From positions 41,294,001-41,358,000 of the forward strand of contig NC_045696.1 in NCBI RefSeq assembly GCF_009834535.1: a stretch of DNA of 64,000 bases, given 5' to 3'. The translations under genes were made by a program, and so were the position numbers. Positions within the stretch are counted from its first letter, which is position 1. Each line of letters starts with the position of its first letter. Below the pieces are notes generated by a model, which searched no databases, was not told where the DNA came from, and was given only the letters and a program-made list of their open reading frames with translations. Source of the DNA: Camelus ferus (Eukaryota). Shown here one piece after another: positions 11,075 to 23,161 of this stretch.

Positions 11075-12418
11075 CTGTGGCAAGAAATGTTTAAAAGCAA
11101 TTAAGAAAAGAAATGTTAAACACATAAGGAAAGTCACCCAACTCCCTTGAAAATGATCTTTACAGGGTAGCATTGGTTCTATAGCCAGAAAGCAAAAATT
11201 TTAAAGTTCCAAGGTGAGGGTACAGAGATATTTGTTCTTATGAAATGGTTAGGTCCTTAGTATCACCACATGATTATCTACAAGTGTTGCTTTTTTATAT
11301 CATCTGATAATACAATAGAAGACTCTGCTTAGAAAAATCTTTAGGCATCTGTCTAATAACACTATGGTTAACAATTATGGAAAAGAATGTCAAAGTATAA
11401 TCTAAGACCCTATATGCTAGGTAACAAAGCCGTAAGTCAGGATAGATGCAATTGTTGATACATTTAAGCAGATACTGTAATGAATAACCAAAATAGACAA
11501 TGCACTTCTTTGTTGAGAGTCCACTTTGGAAAAAGACTAAGACCTCTGTCAAAACAACGGCACAGAACAGAGCAGGATACAGTGGATCATTCAGTCTGCA
11601 AACCTTGTCAGTGCATTTCTCTGTTTTCAGGACTGAAAAGGGCTGACCCAGGGAGGATAGAGTATGCTGTAGCCAACTGGCTCAAATCCAATCACTGAAG
11701 TCATGCATTCAAGGTCCTCTTTGCAGACTCATCTAAAAGTAGCATCACTAACCAAAATGTCTGAGTGCCAGCCAAGTGAACACTGCCTTTCTCCTTTCTG
11801 ACATTCAGGTTCCACTTCTAAGTGATATCTGTTTTGCTGTCACCCACACATCTGGCACCTTCCTGCTTCTGGTTATTCCTGCTCACCCCTCCAACAAAAT
11901 TTACAGACACACATTTCAAGGTCCACGTTCCACTTATTAGCCCAGGGATCCTTCACTTCTCTAAGAATTAACTATTTGGCTAACAGCTGGTGAAACTCAA
12001 TAAATACGTTGCTTTTGCACATATTCCTTCATATCCATTTAGGAGCAGTTTCACACAAGAGCAGCTTCCTTCCTCAAAGAAGTGAAGGCACTTGTTATTT
12101 CTAAACTATTCCTCACCGAGGCTAGTGCGGCACATAATTAAAGGTGAGACTAAGTGAACTAAATAGGCTAGATACTTAACTAGGTAAGTTTTGCTGAGTC
12201 AGAATCAAAGAGAAAACTGACGGGTCAGAGAAGCAAATAAAATACGCAGATACCAAGAAGCTACCAAACAGCATGAGGAAGTGACATGTATTGACTACAG
12301 CACTTGCCGCCTGAGCCCTCACCCTGAGGGGTCACAGGGTGATTAGGTGTCGAGTTACACTGCCACCCCAGTGTCACATCCACCAGGGTTCCACAGGCAC
12401 CAGCCACCACATATTTAC

Positions 12419-12517
12419 CTAGTTTGGTCTGAGGTGTCTCTGGACTCGGTGTGGTTTTATATTTAGGACGTGGACGTCCTGGACGATGGGGTCTTGTTCT
12501 TTGTGATGTTTTTGGAG
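12419..12517 (-). CDS. ABI3BP: ABI3BP stalk exon (basic type): APKTSQRTRPHRPGRPRPKYKTTPSPETPQTKL
   Basis: 99 nt; acceptor cctttcttcag, donor gtaaat; phase 1-1. Confidence 0.9.
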   Translation of the reverse strand, partial: LQKHHKEQDPIVQDVHVLNIKPHRVQRHLRPN

Positions 12518-13312
12518 CTGAAGAAAGGAAACTGGTTAATGGTCATCTTATGACTCCAGAAAAAAAGGATTATACATGGCTCTAGGTTTTCTAAAATTTT
12601 GCTAGTTTTTCTTAAGTCTTGAGAAATTTATCCCTTTGGTTTGGGATTTTTTTGTCATCTATATGCAAAAAATTGTGAAGGTGTCTATCAAAAGTTCTTT
12701 TGAGAAAAAACATACAGCATTGTATTAATTATCTGAAAACTTTACTATTATTGCTAGTGTCAGATTTTCAAAGAGGACCTAGACCCAAGGGAAGTCAGAA
12801 GCACAGCATGTCCCTATCACGTTAGAGAGGGTCCCAGGCTCACCTGTGTTCGGGAAATTGTATTTAGAAATCACTTGGCTTAGGCAGACATCCCATTAAA
12901 CATGATTAGAATAAGCATATCTCATTTTTTAAAATCACTGGTAGACAATAAAAATGCCTAGCAAATCTTAAAACAACTCTCTGTTGATGGCCACAGAATT
13001 ATACCTAGTGTTTATAGGGCAGACACTCCTAACTGTATTTGAAATTCAGCAGAATCATAGGCTCTGTAAAGCATTAATAAAATTGGATAATATGGGTGAC
13101 ATACTCTGCACTAGCTTCATACAGGCTTATATTCTAACCAAGTGACTTATTTTAAACATCTTCAGTGCATTAAAATGAAGACTATAGTTGAGTGACAAAA
13201 GAGGATGATGAAAAAAATCCATCAAAGAGAAACCCTTTGGTCACGATACTCCTGGAGAAGACTAGACAATGAGAAGAAAAGGCTCTGGGTTAAAGACATA
13301 AAAGGTCATTAC

Positions 13313-13372
13313 CTAATGTTGTCTGAGGAGCTTCGGTTCTCAGAGTTACATGTTCAATGTCTGTGGCAGGAA
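13313..13372 (-). CDS. ABI3BP: ABI3BP stalk exon (acidic type): VPATDIEHVTLRTEAPQTTL
   Basis: 60 nt; acceptor ttttggtcag, donor gtaatg; phase 1-1. Confidence 0.87.
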
Positions 13373-14853
13373 CTGACCAAAAGCAATACAATAAACAATG
13401 CAGATTTAAGAAACGTAGGAAAAGAAGAAAATTGTCTTGAAAATGAATCTTTTTAATCCTGTAATGTTTAAAAAAATTTATGAACTCAGGAAAAATAGTA
13501 TTTGTTCTCTAATAACTGGCTGTACTCCTGATACCCATTTGTCTCACAAAATAGCCGTGTCCCCTTGCACTTTGCATCCCCGTGAAGCCAATGAAACGTG
13601 CTTTTTTGGGTGTTTAATTAACTGCTTGCATCTATATTCGAAACATGGCTTCCAAAAAAATCTCATTTGATATGGTTTTTAAATTACTCTGAAAAATTAT
13701 TATGAAAACTTCTTTTAGTATTTGAAAAGCTTTCACCACTATTTTTAGTATTTTTTTGAGAATGGTGGTAGTGTTGAGAATTTTTAAAAATATTTTTAAT
13801 CAGTCCGTTTATTGGAGATTTGTAACCATTATGAAAAATAAAAACTTTTTCCACAAAAGAATGTGATACTCTTTCTTACAATTTGTCCTTATTTATTCAT
13901 TTATTTCAGATGGACTTAGGAGATAGCTACTCAATTGAGGAACAAGGATGATTAAGAAAAAAGTGAAAAAGTTAGTAATTCAACTTTTTGTCTGGATAAG
14001 CAGGATTCCTGTAATTCTATAATATGCTGAAATAACTGAATTATACATAGATATGAAATTAAGATTTATGACTCCTTGGTTTTAAATTAGTGTCTCTATT
14101 TTTCATTAACTCCAGAAAATTAAATGTAACATTAAAATATCTTATCACCAAAAACTCTGTCAGCATTTATATGGAGGCTGCCTTTTGCTGACTCGCCAAG
14201 ATAACACAGCACCAAGTTGGTTTAAGCCACATCTGAGAGCATCTTCTGAACTAATGGAAAACACGGCATCCAGAAGAGATGGAAAGCGAGGACAACAGGA
14301 CAAAAGCAATATTCAAAGCTGACTGCCTTCAAACAAAAAAGGAGATCCTATTTTGTTTGGAACTCAACACCACAAGACGAATTTGTCAACAGAAAGGTCC
14401 AGTGCATTCAAACAGTATAGAGTCAAGGAAGAAAGGACTTTTGTGAGGAGACAATTACGTATTTTCTCAAGCCCCAACCAGCTGTCTCGTTGTTCCCTTC
14501 CCACGTCATAAATTATATACACATAAAAGCAGAGATTTTAAATGTCCTGGTTTGAAGGATGGATGGAAAGAGCACTTGTGACTGTTGACAGCATCGAGGG
14601 CTGCAGGTCATCTGGCCACCTCCTAAGGTGATCCAAGAAAGAACGACCCTCAGGGGTTATAAGCGGAGCAGCAGGTGTAAGACTGCCCAACGATATTAAG
14701 AAGGTCCCTGTTGAAAATATTAAACAATTTTGGGAAAGAAATGAAAAAGGTGATGAACCACAATTATTTACACAAGAGAATAAAGACAATGACAGGGATG
14801 AGAGAGGCAAGCTCAGAGAAACATGGACCAAGAAGGAAGACATCCAGCGTTAC

Positions 14854-14901
14854 CTATGGTTGTGGAGGGAGCTTCCGTCTCAAAGGTAATATCCTCAAAG
14901 A
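14854..14901 (-). CDS. ABI3BP: ABI3BP stalk exon: VFEDITFETEAPSTTI
   Basis: 48 nt; acceptor ttttatgacgcag, donor gtaacg; phase 1-1. Confidence 0.82.
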   Translation of the reverse strand, partial: SLRILPLRRKLPPQP

Positions 14902-15572
14902 CTGCGTCATAAAAAAGAAACAGGTATGAGTAATCCAGGTAAGGAAGCCTCAACCTACAGGTATGATTAAGTCACGGGGTACAGAACCTGGTTTATTCCA
15001 AGTTGCTATAAACTGCCTTCTCGATAGGCTTATTTATTATGAGAGATCCTCTCTCAGTAAATTAGAATTTTATTAAAGAATCTTAGGACAAAAGTTCAAT
15101 TGAAAAACAACTGAATTTTCAGAACTGTTATATAAATATCTTCTTATTTGGTAGAAAATGCCAAAAAGTATTTTAGAGAAAGCCAATCTCCATGTTCCTA
15201 GAAAGGAAGAACCCAGTGTCACCCTCCCTAGCGTTGCCTAGTGGTGGCCACTAAAGTCACTTTCAAAAATGCTCCAGATACAGAAAAACCAGGCTTCTGT
15301 TCACTACAAACCTGAATTCAGAAAACAAAGCCTAAAAATGCTTTAAGAAAATGGAATCCATCAGACAGTCAGACGTAAAATTTACTCATTCCCACACATT
15401 GATTTGCTGATTTAACACTTAAAACATCAGTGTGGCTACCTTGAGAAGACAGTGAGCAAAATCACAGTATTTGAGTTTCTATGCTTTATATGATATGACT
15501 AATTGTAAGCATTTTCAGCAACATCCCCAAAGGAAAAGCTTCTTAAACAAAAGCACGGGAAATTATGTTTAC

Positions 15573-15647
15573 CGGATTTAGATGGTGGTATATCTGGTTT
15601 TGCTGTGGTTTGGGGTATAGGAGGTAATTGCTCTGGTGGTTTTGAAT
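15573..15647 (-). CDS. ABI3BP: ABI3BP stalk exon: DSKPPEQLPPIPQTTAKPDIPPSKS
   Basis: 75 nt; acceptor ttttttcttcag, donor gtaaac; phase 1-1. Confidence 0.87.
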
Positions 15648-15762
15648 CTGAAGAAAAAAGGTGCTGTAATTAGTATCAAAGCAGAGCTGTGAACGCCAAG
15701 ATTAACGTTACGTACACACCATTTTCCCAGTCATGGATCAAGGCACTGAAAGTGGTGATTAC

Positions 15763-15825
15763 TGGGCTGGATTTGAGGTGCATCGGGTCTGCATATGGTT
15801 TTAGGTCTTTTGAATGGTTTTGACG
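15763..15825 (-). pseudogene. ABI3BP: ABI3BP pseudo-exon with lost acceptor: ASKPFKRPKTICRPDAPQIQP
   Basis: 63 nt open exon-like segment with donor gtaatc, but the acceptor reads ttttctttGG instead of AG. Confidence 0.75.
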
Positions 15826-16901
15826 CCAAAGAAAAAGGTATTAAAGTGAGCATTATGGTCACGGCTATAGCTGTCATGATTAAGCGCACGTAGCTTGAGT
15901 AAAGATACTATATAAATTCAGTGAATACACAACAAAATTAATTCCTAGAATGTGGGAAGGGTGGGAAACGTGTCCATTTCTACTGATTTTTCTGATAGAA
16001 AAAAATCTTCAGGCAATGTTAAATGTATCTTGAAGCAAAAATAAGGAGGACTATAAGACTTTTTTCTATGTAAGTAATTTCCAAAATGACAAGTATAATA
16101 GTTCTATTTCTTAATTGATAGTTTTTTTTTTTCAGTATAAAAACTGTAAGGTAGGAATTTGAAACCTGCTTAATAGGGGACCTGGAAAATATTCCATAAA
16201 CACTTGATGCTATACACAATGTTACATGGCTATTGATTTCTGGAATTTTCTAAAGTAAAGCAGTGACAGATTTATTGTGACTACTGAGAAATTATATGAA
16301 ATAGTTATACTCAAACATCACTAGTACCAAAAGTAATAAAAACCAGCTTGGGACTTTTAACATTCTCAAGTAACAAAGACCATATTTTTATCTTGGACCC
16401 TAGACCAAGACAAGAATAGTGTGTGCGCCTTTGGTTATCAAGACATACTCAAAAACATTCTTCAAGGAAACAGAAGAGCTGAAGAAGCCATTATTTCATG
16501 CAGCTTTTTAAAAAGGAGAAAGCCTTACAAGTTGAGTAAAGCAATGAAATGGTCATCATGGCCCTGGAATAAAATGTTTCCATTTGTCAAGCCCAGGATG
16601 AGCACAGAGGTCCCTGAGAAAGAGTGGATGGTTTTCTCAATACAATGGCACATGTGATACGAGGACAGAGGGTTTGTGGAAAACCAGGAAGTTGTGTCCA
16701 AAACCACAGACCTTCCCTAAATAAGCACACAGATTCTTCCAGAAGTCTCCTAGCTGCAGGCTCTCCAGACCCAGGTGGGAAATGAGAGGAAAAGCATGGA
16801 ATGAGACTGTGATGGTGCGCAGAACTGCAGTCATGCCTGGGTGGAGAGGAGGAAAAGCCAAAGCCACAACCCGGGTAAGTGATTGGAGGGGAGCAAATTA
16901 C

Positions 16902-16949
16902 CGATCGTGGGCACCAAGAGCTCCTGTTGTACCGTAGCAGGTTCCAGAG
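16902..16949 (-). CDS. ABI3BP: ABI3BP stalk exon: ALEPATVQQELLVPTI
   Basis: 48 nt; acceptor gcttctgtag, donor gtaatt; phase 1-1. Confidence 0.82.
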
Positions 16950-17384
16950 CTACAGAAGCAAAAAATCAAAAACACTACGTCAAGAAGCAGCATCTCGAGG
17001 AAAGAAATGTTACTCTTCATTCTGTAGTTAGATGGTGTACTTTTTCTGAATGTCATCTTCCTTTTTATTTTTCCCATTTCCCCCTTCTGTCCCCATTGTT
17101 TTCCCATTCCTCATCTGCCATGAATATGCAGCCCAGGTAAGGTATTTCAGGGGCCCTACTTTAATGATCCACGTAGTGGGCCAGTTTACTGCTGCTGTGT
17201 GTACTTAATAACTATAAATAAAATATCCATATAATGTGAATATAGAAAGGATAGATGCTTACATATAAAAATCAACTACACAGGTTCCTAAAGCCCAGCT
17301 ATTTAGGTGGTAGGGAGCTACCCTACCAGAAACCACCAGTATTTCACTTTCTATGTTAGTTGGAACCCTGAACATCACATTTAC

Positions 17385-17477
17385 CAGGTTTGGACTTGGG
17401 CACATCTGGACTAGGTGTGGTTTTAGGGCGAGGGCGAGGGCGAGGGCGACGACCTGGTCGTTTGGTCTTTGGTGGAG
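17385..17477 (-). CDS. ABI3BP: ABI3BP stalk exon (basic type): APPKTKRPGRRPRPRPRPKTTPSPDVPKSKP
   Basis: 93 nt; acceptor ttctttcttcag, donor gtaaat; contains (CGCCCT)4 coding RP repeats. Confidence 0.9.
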
Positions 17478-18135
17478 CTGAAGAAAGAAAATCAGCTAGT
17501 TAATACGGGAACAGTAGCTCTACAAGCTGACAATCAATACCACGTTCACCTTAGGAGCACACTGAAGCCCTTTGATTTCTTACGGGTATGCGTATTTCTG
17601 TTGTGCAACTTTCCATTATTATTTACCCAGTTAAATGAGTCTTGAATAATGGGGGTTTTTCTGGCCAAATATTTATAAATAACTGTTCAAGAGATCTCTC
17701 TATTCCTCTAAGTTGGAAAACTCAGAACTTTGTACAGCTTAGGGAAGGCAATCTCATAACCTTTTCTTTTTTTAAGTGTATGTTCAATGGGAACATGAGA
17801 AAAGTTACTTTTAAGAAGTCACTAGGGATAAAAATTAAAATTAATTTGGCCTAAGATTCGAAAAGAGATGTTTTTCACTTTAGCACTGAAAAATCTGCAA
17901 ATCAGTAACATGTGTAAAAAGGCTTTGAATTCAGAAATTATTTCAGGGAACACAACCTTTTAAGAATGAGATGTATAATTTTTAAATACTAGGGTTTAAA
18001 ATTTTTCTCTGAGAGAACAGAGAACACACATATGCAAATAAACATTAACGAACAAACCCATTAATGGGAGCCTGTTGATAAAGTTTCCAGCAGGCAAGAA
18101 AAGAAAAGACAAAAGTTACTGACTCACTGCATTAC

Positions 18136-18183
18136 CTAATGTTGTTGTTGAAGGTTTAGTTCCCAGTGTTTCAGGTTCTAAGA
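18136..18183 (-). CDS. ABI3BP: ABI3BP stalk exon: VLEPETLGTKPSTTTL
   Basis: 48 nt; acceptor tttttcctgcag, donor gtaatg; phase 1-1. Confidence 0.85.
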
Positions 18184-19008
18184 CTGCAGGAAAAATGATC
18201 AAGAAGGAATCAACATCAAAGGAAAAAATGATGAACTGTATGTAAATATGAAAAATGCTTAATTTTTAATTATGAAGCTGAGCAAACGGTGAAACTTAAA
18301 TCCATGTAAGAAATTGCTTTTTTATGTAAATAGAGTCCTGTGTTTCTAGACAAAATGAACAAAAATGTAGCCAGTCAGTTAAGTTTGGAAAGACAAATGG
18401 AAAAAGGGGGCACGATTCTCATCTGGAAGATGTGAACGCAATAAAGTAACCAACTGCTCATGTTATGAAGGAAAATGTAGGTAACTGGCCAAGATGGCAG
18501 CAGCAGAACACATGTCTTGCTCTCTTGAAGAAAAAGAAGCTATAAAGATTGGGGTGAGTGCTTTTCTCTTTCTCTTGTTTAATGAATTTCCTAGTGACAC
18601 CTTGAGATACTTCGATCTGGAAAGACCACAATGCTTTTCAAGAAAATCTGCAAATGTTAGAGTTGTAAAAGTAAGAAAAACGCCTCCCACAGTGAAAGGA
18701 CAAATACGCCCTAGCGAAGCCAGGGACCTCTGTGGGCAATAGCCAGGCTACAACAAGCTCGGGGCACGCTCCCCAAATACAAGGAGGGACCGTAAGGAAT
18801 GGGACTGACCAAATAAGCACAGCTTGCTTGGCCGCCTCAAAACCCCTGCTTAGTCCTGACACAGGCAGAGAGTGCACATGGCGAAAAGAAAGATCTGAAG
18901 GACAATGAAGAAATAATTTTTAAAAGGCCAAAGCTTAAAACAAAGCTGAATGCAGAGGGTGTGAAATAAAGGTAGTTCTTTTTCACTCAGTGGAGGAAAC
19001 ATCATTAC

Positions 19009-19050
19009 CTATTGGTGACTGTGGTGGTGGTGGAGTCTCAGGTTCCAGTG
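19009..19050 (-). CDS. ABI3BP: ABI3BP stalk exon: ALEPETPPPPQSPI
   Basis: 42 nt; acceptor ttcattgcag, donor gtaatg; phase 1-1. Confidence 0.82.
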   Translation of the reverse strand, partial: HWNLRLHHHHSHQ

Positions 19051-19968
19051 CTGCAATGAAAGCAAGTGTTAAAGGGGACGCTGAAAAGCACCGTCTTAAG
19101 GTAGAAATTAAATACCCTTTACCAGCACAAGGGTAATTTTCACTGGTGAACAATCAGATTCCATTGGCTTATGACGTAAAGCTCAATCACCCCACAGCCT
19201 CCCCACAAGCTACAATAGAAGAAAGAACTGAGAAATCTAATTTTTGTTGTCGATTTTTAGCTGTTTTCCCCACCACTCCTCTGCGTGCCTGAGGAGATAC
19301 AACTTTAAAGAGAGGTCAGGGTAGCCTCTCCGAGAGGTTCACCTGCCATCTTGTTTTCATGCAGGAAGGTTAGCTTCATCCAAGGAAATGGGAAGAGACC
19401 ACAGACCCGTCAGACCTGCAACCATGTCTGAGCTCTGTTTGGGATGATTTTCAGCCTGACTGGGTCTGACATTCTTTCACAAAAAATAGGAATTGAATGT
19501 ATGGGCTAAAAAGGGCCACAAGTGTTCAGATGGTGTTCCCCAGATTTATTAGCATCTACTGCTGGTGAACAAATTGATTTACATACGACATTTATTCTAT
19601 TGAAATCAGCAAATCAACAGAAGTCAGAAAGTAATCTCAGATTTCACGACAAGCTGAATAAATGAGTAACGTTATCTAAATAGTCTGACAGATAAACTCT
19701 CCAATGTCATTCAGATTATAAATTATACTTTGCTGAATATAGTTTGGTTACAATGTTTGGGCTCTTAAAAAGTAGATCATACCATAGGTTTCTTACTCTA
19801 CAGAAAAGAATTCTTTTCTTTCAAGAAGAAAATAAAAAGGAACTCAAATTTTTGAAACAGAAAAGTGAAGATGGACTTTTTTTCTTACAGAAAGAAAATA
19901 ATTAATATGCAACAGCTTAACAGAACTTAACTCATTCTGCATTTAGATATTTCTTATATTACATTTAC

Positions 19969-20037
19969 CAGGAGTTATCGCTGATATTTCTAGAGGTACA
20001 GAAAGTTTGGGGGAAGCAAGTAGTGACTTCTTAGCAA
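19969..20037 (-). CDS. ABI3BP: Probable ABI3BP cassette exon: VAKKSLLASPKLSVPLEISAITP
   Basis: 69 nt, open, phase 1-1; acceptor ttcttttttag, donor CTG/gtaaat as in neighbouring exons; peptide not recalled from human isoforms. Confidence 0.65.
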
Positions 20038-23000
20038 CTAAAAAAGAATATATAACAATAAATAATTCAGAAAGAGAATTTTCCTTTATTCTGAAAGCAA
20101 AGCATAGTAGCACAAGGTGCTACTGAAAGGCGGCATCATTCATTAGAATGTCTGTGTCCAAAAAAAGAATTCTGATTTCTCAAGAACTTGTCAGAAATAG
20201 ATCACAACAGAGAAGTGGCAAAGCTGTAATGATGTATCAGATAGAAATACACAAAGCAATCTTAAAAGTGTTTGGGGGTGGGGGGAGGGAGTATAGGGTG
20301 TCTCAGATTCTATAGGAGAAAAGGAAAATAAATATCAGTAATTAAATATAATAAATATCAAAAAAAGCATCCACACCCAAAAAGAGCAAAAACAAAAATT
20401 TCTCTTAAAACGTCAAGTTTGTAATTTATGTTTTAATTTCTACAAAGTTGCCTTCTACAAGTGTGAAAAAGATTTTCTACTTGTAGCATCTTTTAGCATT
20501 CTTTAATCTTTGTGAAGGCTGTCTTTTGAATTTCATAAAGAAAAATCAGCATTTTTGAATTCCTGAGACTGAGACCAAATAGGTCTGGAACCCCATCAAC
20601 TAAGCTTCCAAATAAGCTGCATATAAAAATAATAGCGTCTGTATTTATGAAAAACAAACAGATCTTCTAATAAGACTTCCTCATTTCACAGCGTTAAGGT
20701 GTTACGGATAAAGGTATAAAAATGTTCCATAAAAAAAGCTGAATGGCATGCAAATAACTGCCAGTCACCCGAGCACAAAACAAAGAAAAGTAAAAACCCG
20801 CTCATGGATTTGTGACTAACGAGGGGTACAATTTACAATTCCACCCACCGTGTCAGAGAACTGTGTGCCACAAACACCGGTAATCGGAGGTCTCTCCCTT
20901 TTTTTCAGTTCATTAAGGGCTTGAAGAGTTGAATGTTCTTACACTCTTAACAACTCACTAAGAAGGAAACAATTCCTACTGGATGAGGCAGACAAGCTGG
21001 CACACGGTAGATGGCTGGGATTCTCAAGAAACTGCTGGATTCTGCCTCTAAAACAAGCCAACACCAATGTGGGTTTTTACTCATTAGTTGAACCACAAAG
21101 GAAAACCAAAGGAAAAGCAGCCTGATGGAAAGTGAAATGGAAAAACAGGAGTGTGCGGAGAGGGCTGGGAAAGCCAATGGATGACTCAAATCCGAAAGCT
21201 TTTGGTGCTTTATTTGCTCTCCTGAACCTTGGCTAGAAACTGAAATCTTCAGCAGAGCTATAACAGTGGCTGCCATAAAGTAAATGCATTTTCAAAAGCT
21301 AAAACTCAAGCAATAGTTTGCGGAGATCCAGCCATTACTCTGCGTTGCCACAGACTACTTGAAGTCAGCTCGAGTTGGCTTAAGTTTAAGGTGGATTCTA
21401 AGTACTGGTAGTTGCTGTAAGGGGGAGAAGTGTGCGTGTTCTTAGGTGATTAGAAGGTAGAGATCAAAGGAACATAAACTCAATGGCTTCCAAATAATTT
21501 CCCACATTTTAAAAGGAAATGTCAAATTAAGAAGTCTGTTTGCTCAAATACCTTAGAGTGATGAGAACACATCCTCCTGCCCTAACTTGAATTAAACAAT
21601 TTCCCCTCAGAAACCTTTTTTTCCCCCTAGAAATAACTAAAATTAATAATACCACTTATCATGTGTAAATGGTAATCAACATTTGGAGACTTTTTTTTAA
21701 TATTTTTCAAATTTTATCTGGTAATAACAGAAATAATTAGATTGGAGAAACATTTATTAAAACTTGGTGACTCAAACATAGAGGAATACTTTCTCCATCT
21801 GCTTGCTAATGGCCCCCTATTGAAAATATAGTATAAATATAATAGTTACTACCTCATTCTAAAGGCCTCTGGGCATAACTTTTAAACAAATGTACATTAA
21901 ACCCTTCTCTCTGAGAGCTAACTGTCAGAGTTCTTTGATTTAAACTGCTAGGGCTCTTGAGTTTTATTAGCTATGCTTCTTTCTCCAAATAACCTCTTGG
22001 CGTCAGAATACTTCATTCCATTTCTCTGACCTGGAGCGCTCACCCATGGTCACAGCATCATCTATACTCCCTCTGCTTAATCCCTCATTTCCTTCCATCT
22101 GACACCTCCAACACCTGGAAATCTCACTGCCTCTTTAAAAGGAGTCATGAGAATTCTTTTTCTGAGAAGTTACATTTTTCTTCCTTACCCATTTCACTGC
22201 AAAGAACAAATCATGCCCACTTAAGCAGAAAATCCCTTGCTTTAACAATCCTACTTTGTAAATACACATTAATGAAAAATCCATTGAACATTATAGAGAG
22301 AAATAGATTCTTCTCAGAGCTAAGGGGTTAACTTTTTGATGAAAATGATGAGTAGTGACAAAGTTCCCCATATACAGTCTTATAAATCAACATTGAAGAC
22401 TGCTGTCTAGATTCTGGACAGAGAGGAAAAATGAAGATTTGATCACTTAATATGTCCTGCAATCCTTATGCAGGGACCTGTCTCTGTTTTTAATTACACA
22501 CACAGAATAACCCCTCCCTGCTAAAAAAAAAAAAAAAAAAAAGCCTTCTTTTCTTCAGCAAAACACCACTAATACCTCCTGAGAAGCAAACAGAAGTCAG
22601 TGTTCAGAAATCAGCTCCATTTAGAAAGAAGTCATAGAACATTAAAATACAACCACTGCCGGTCATGCAGCCTGAGAACTGAGAAGTCCCCCAAACAAGG
22701 CAGAGTTCTTAGGGGATGGAAAGACTTCTCCACTTCTCAGCTAAAAGGCTACTGTTCAGTGTGATCTAAATTCCAGTCAGCTTTGGCACTGGAAACTATT
22801 TCGCAGTTCTAGACAAGGAAGTCCCCAATCATACACATCACTGTATCTCTGTGTTTTCTCTGTGATGGTCGTGAGCATAGTAATCCACCATGTAGCTCAG
22901 AGCAATGCTGTGATAATATCAGAGGGGCCGGTTATAATGAGATCATCTCATCACATTTTTGCTCTTTTCATGGAAAGATGTATCAAATATCAAAATGCAA

Positions 23001-23086
23001 AGCAGAAGTTCTTGCTCCAAAGAGTGGCATAAAATGATTTTTCAATCCTACTTTTGGAAGATCAAAATAAAACTCGGGGTAATTAC

Positions 23087-23161
23087 CAGGTCTGGTGTGT
23101 TTCACTTCTGGACTGAGAGGAATTTTAGGTTTCAAAGAAATAAATTGTGTTTTACTGGGAG
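23087..23161 (-). CDS. ABI3BP: ABI3BP exon: APSKTQFISLKPKIPLSPEVKHTRP
   Basis: 75 nt; acceptor tttttccag, donor gtaatt; phase 1-1. Confidence 0.92.

Noticed and set aside
20106..20124. Perfect 8-bp hairpin agtagcac-aag-gtgctact near an exon acceptor
   Set aside because: Stems this short are expected by chance in 64 kb
20947..21276. Longest ORF (109 aa, minus strand)
   Set aside because: No recognisable domain; composition typical of random intronic sequence
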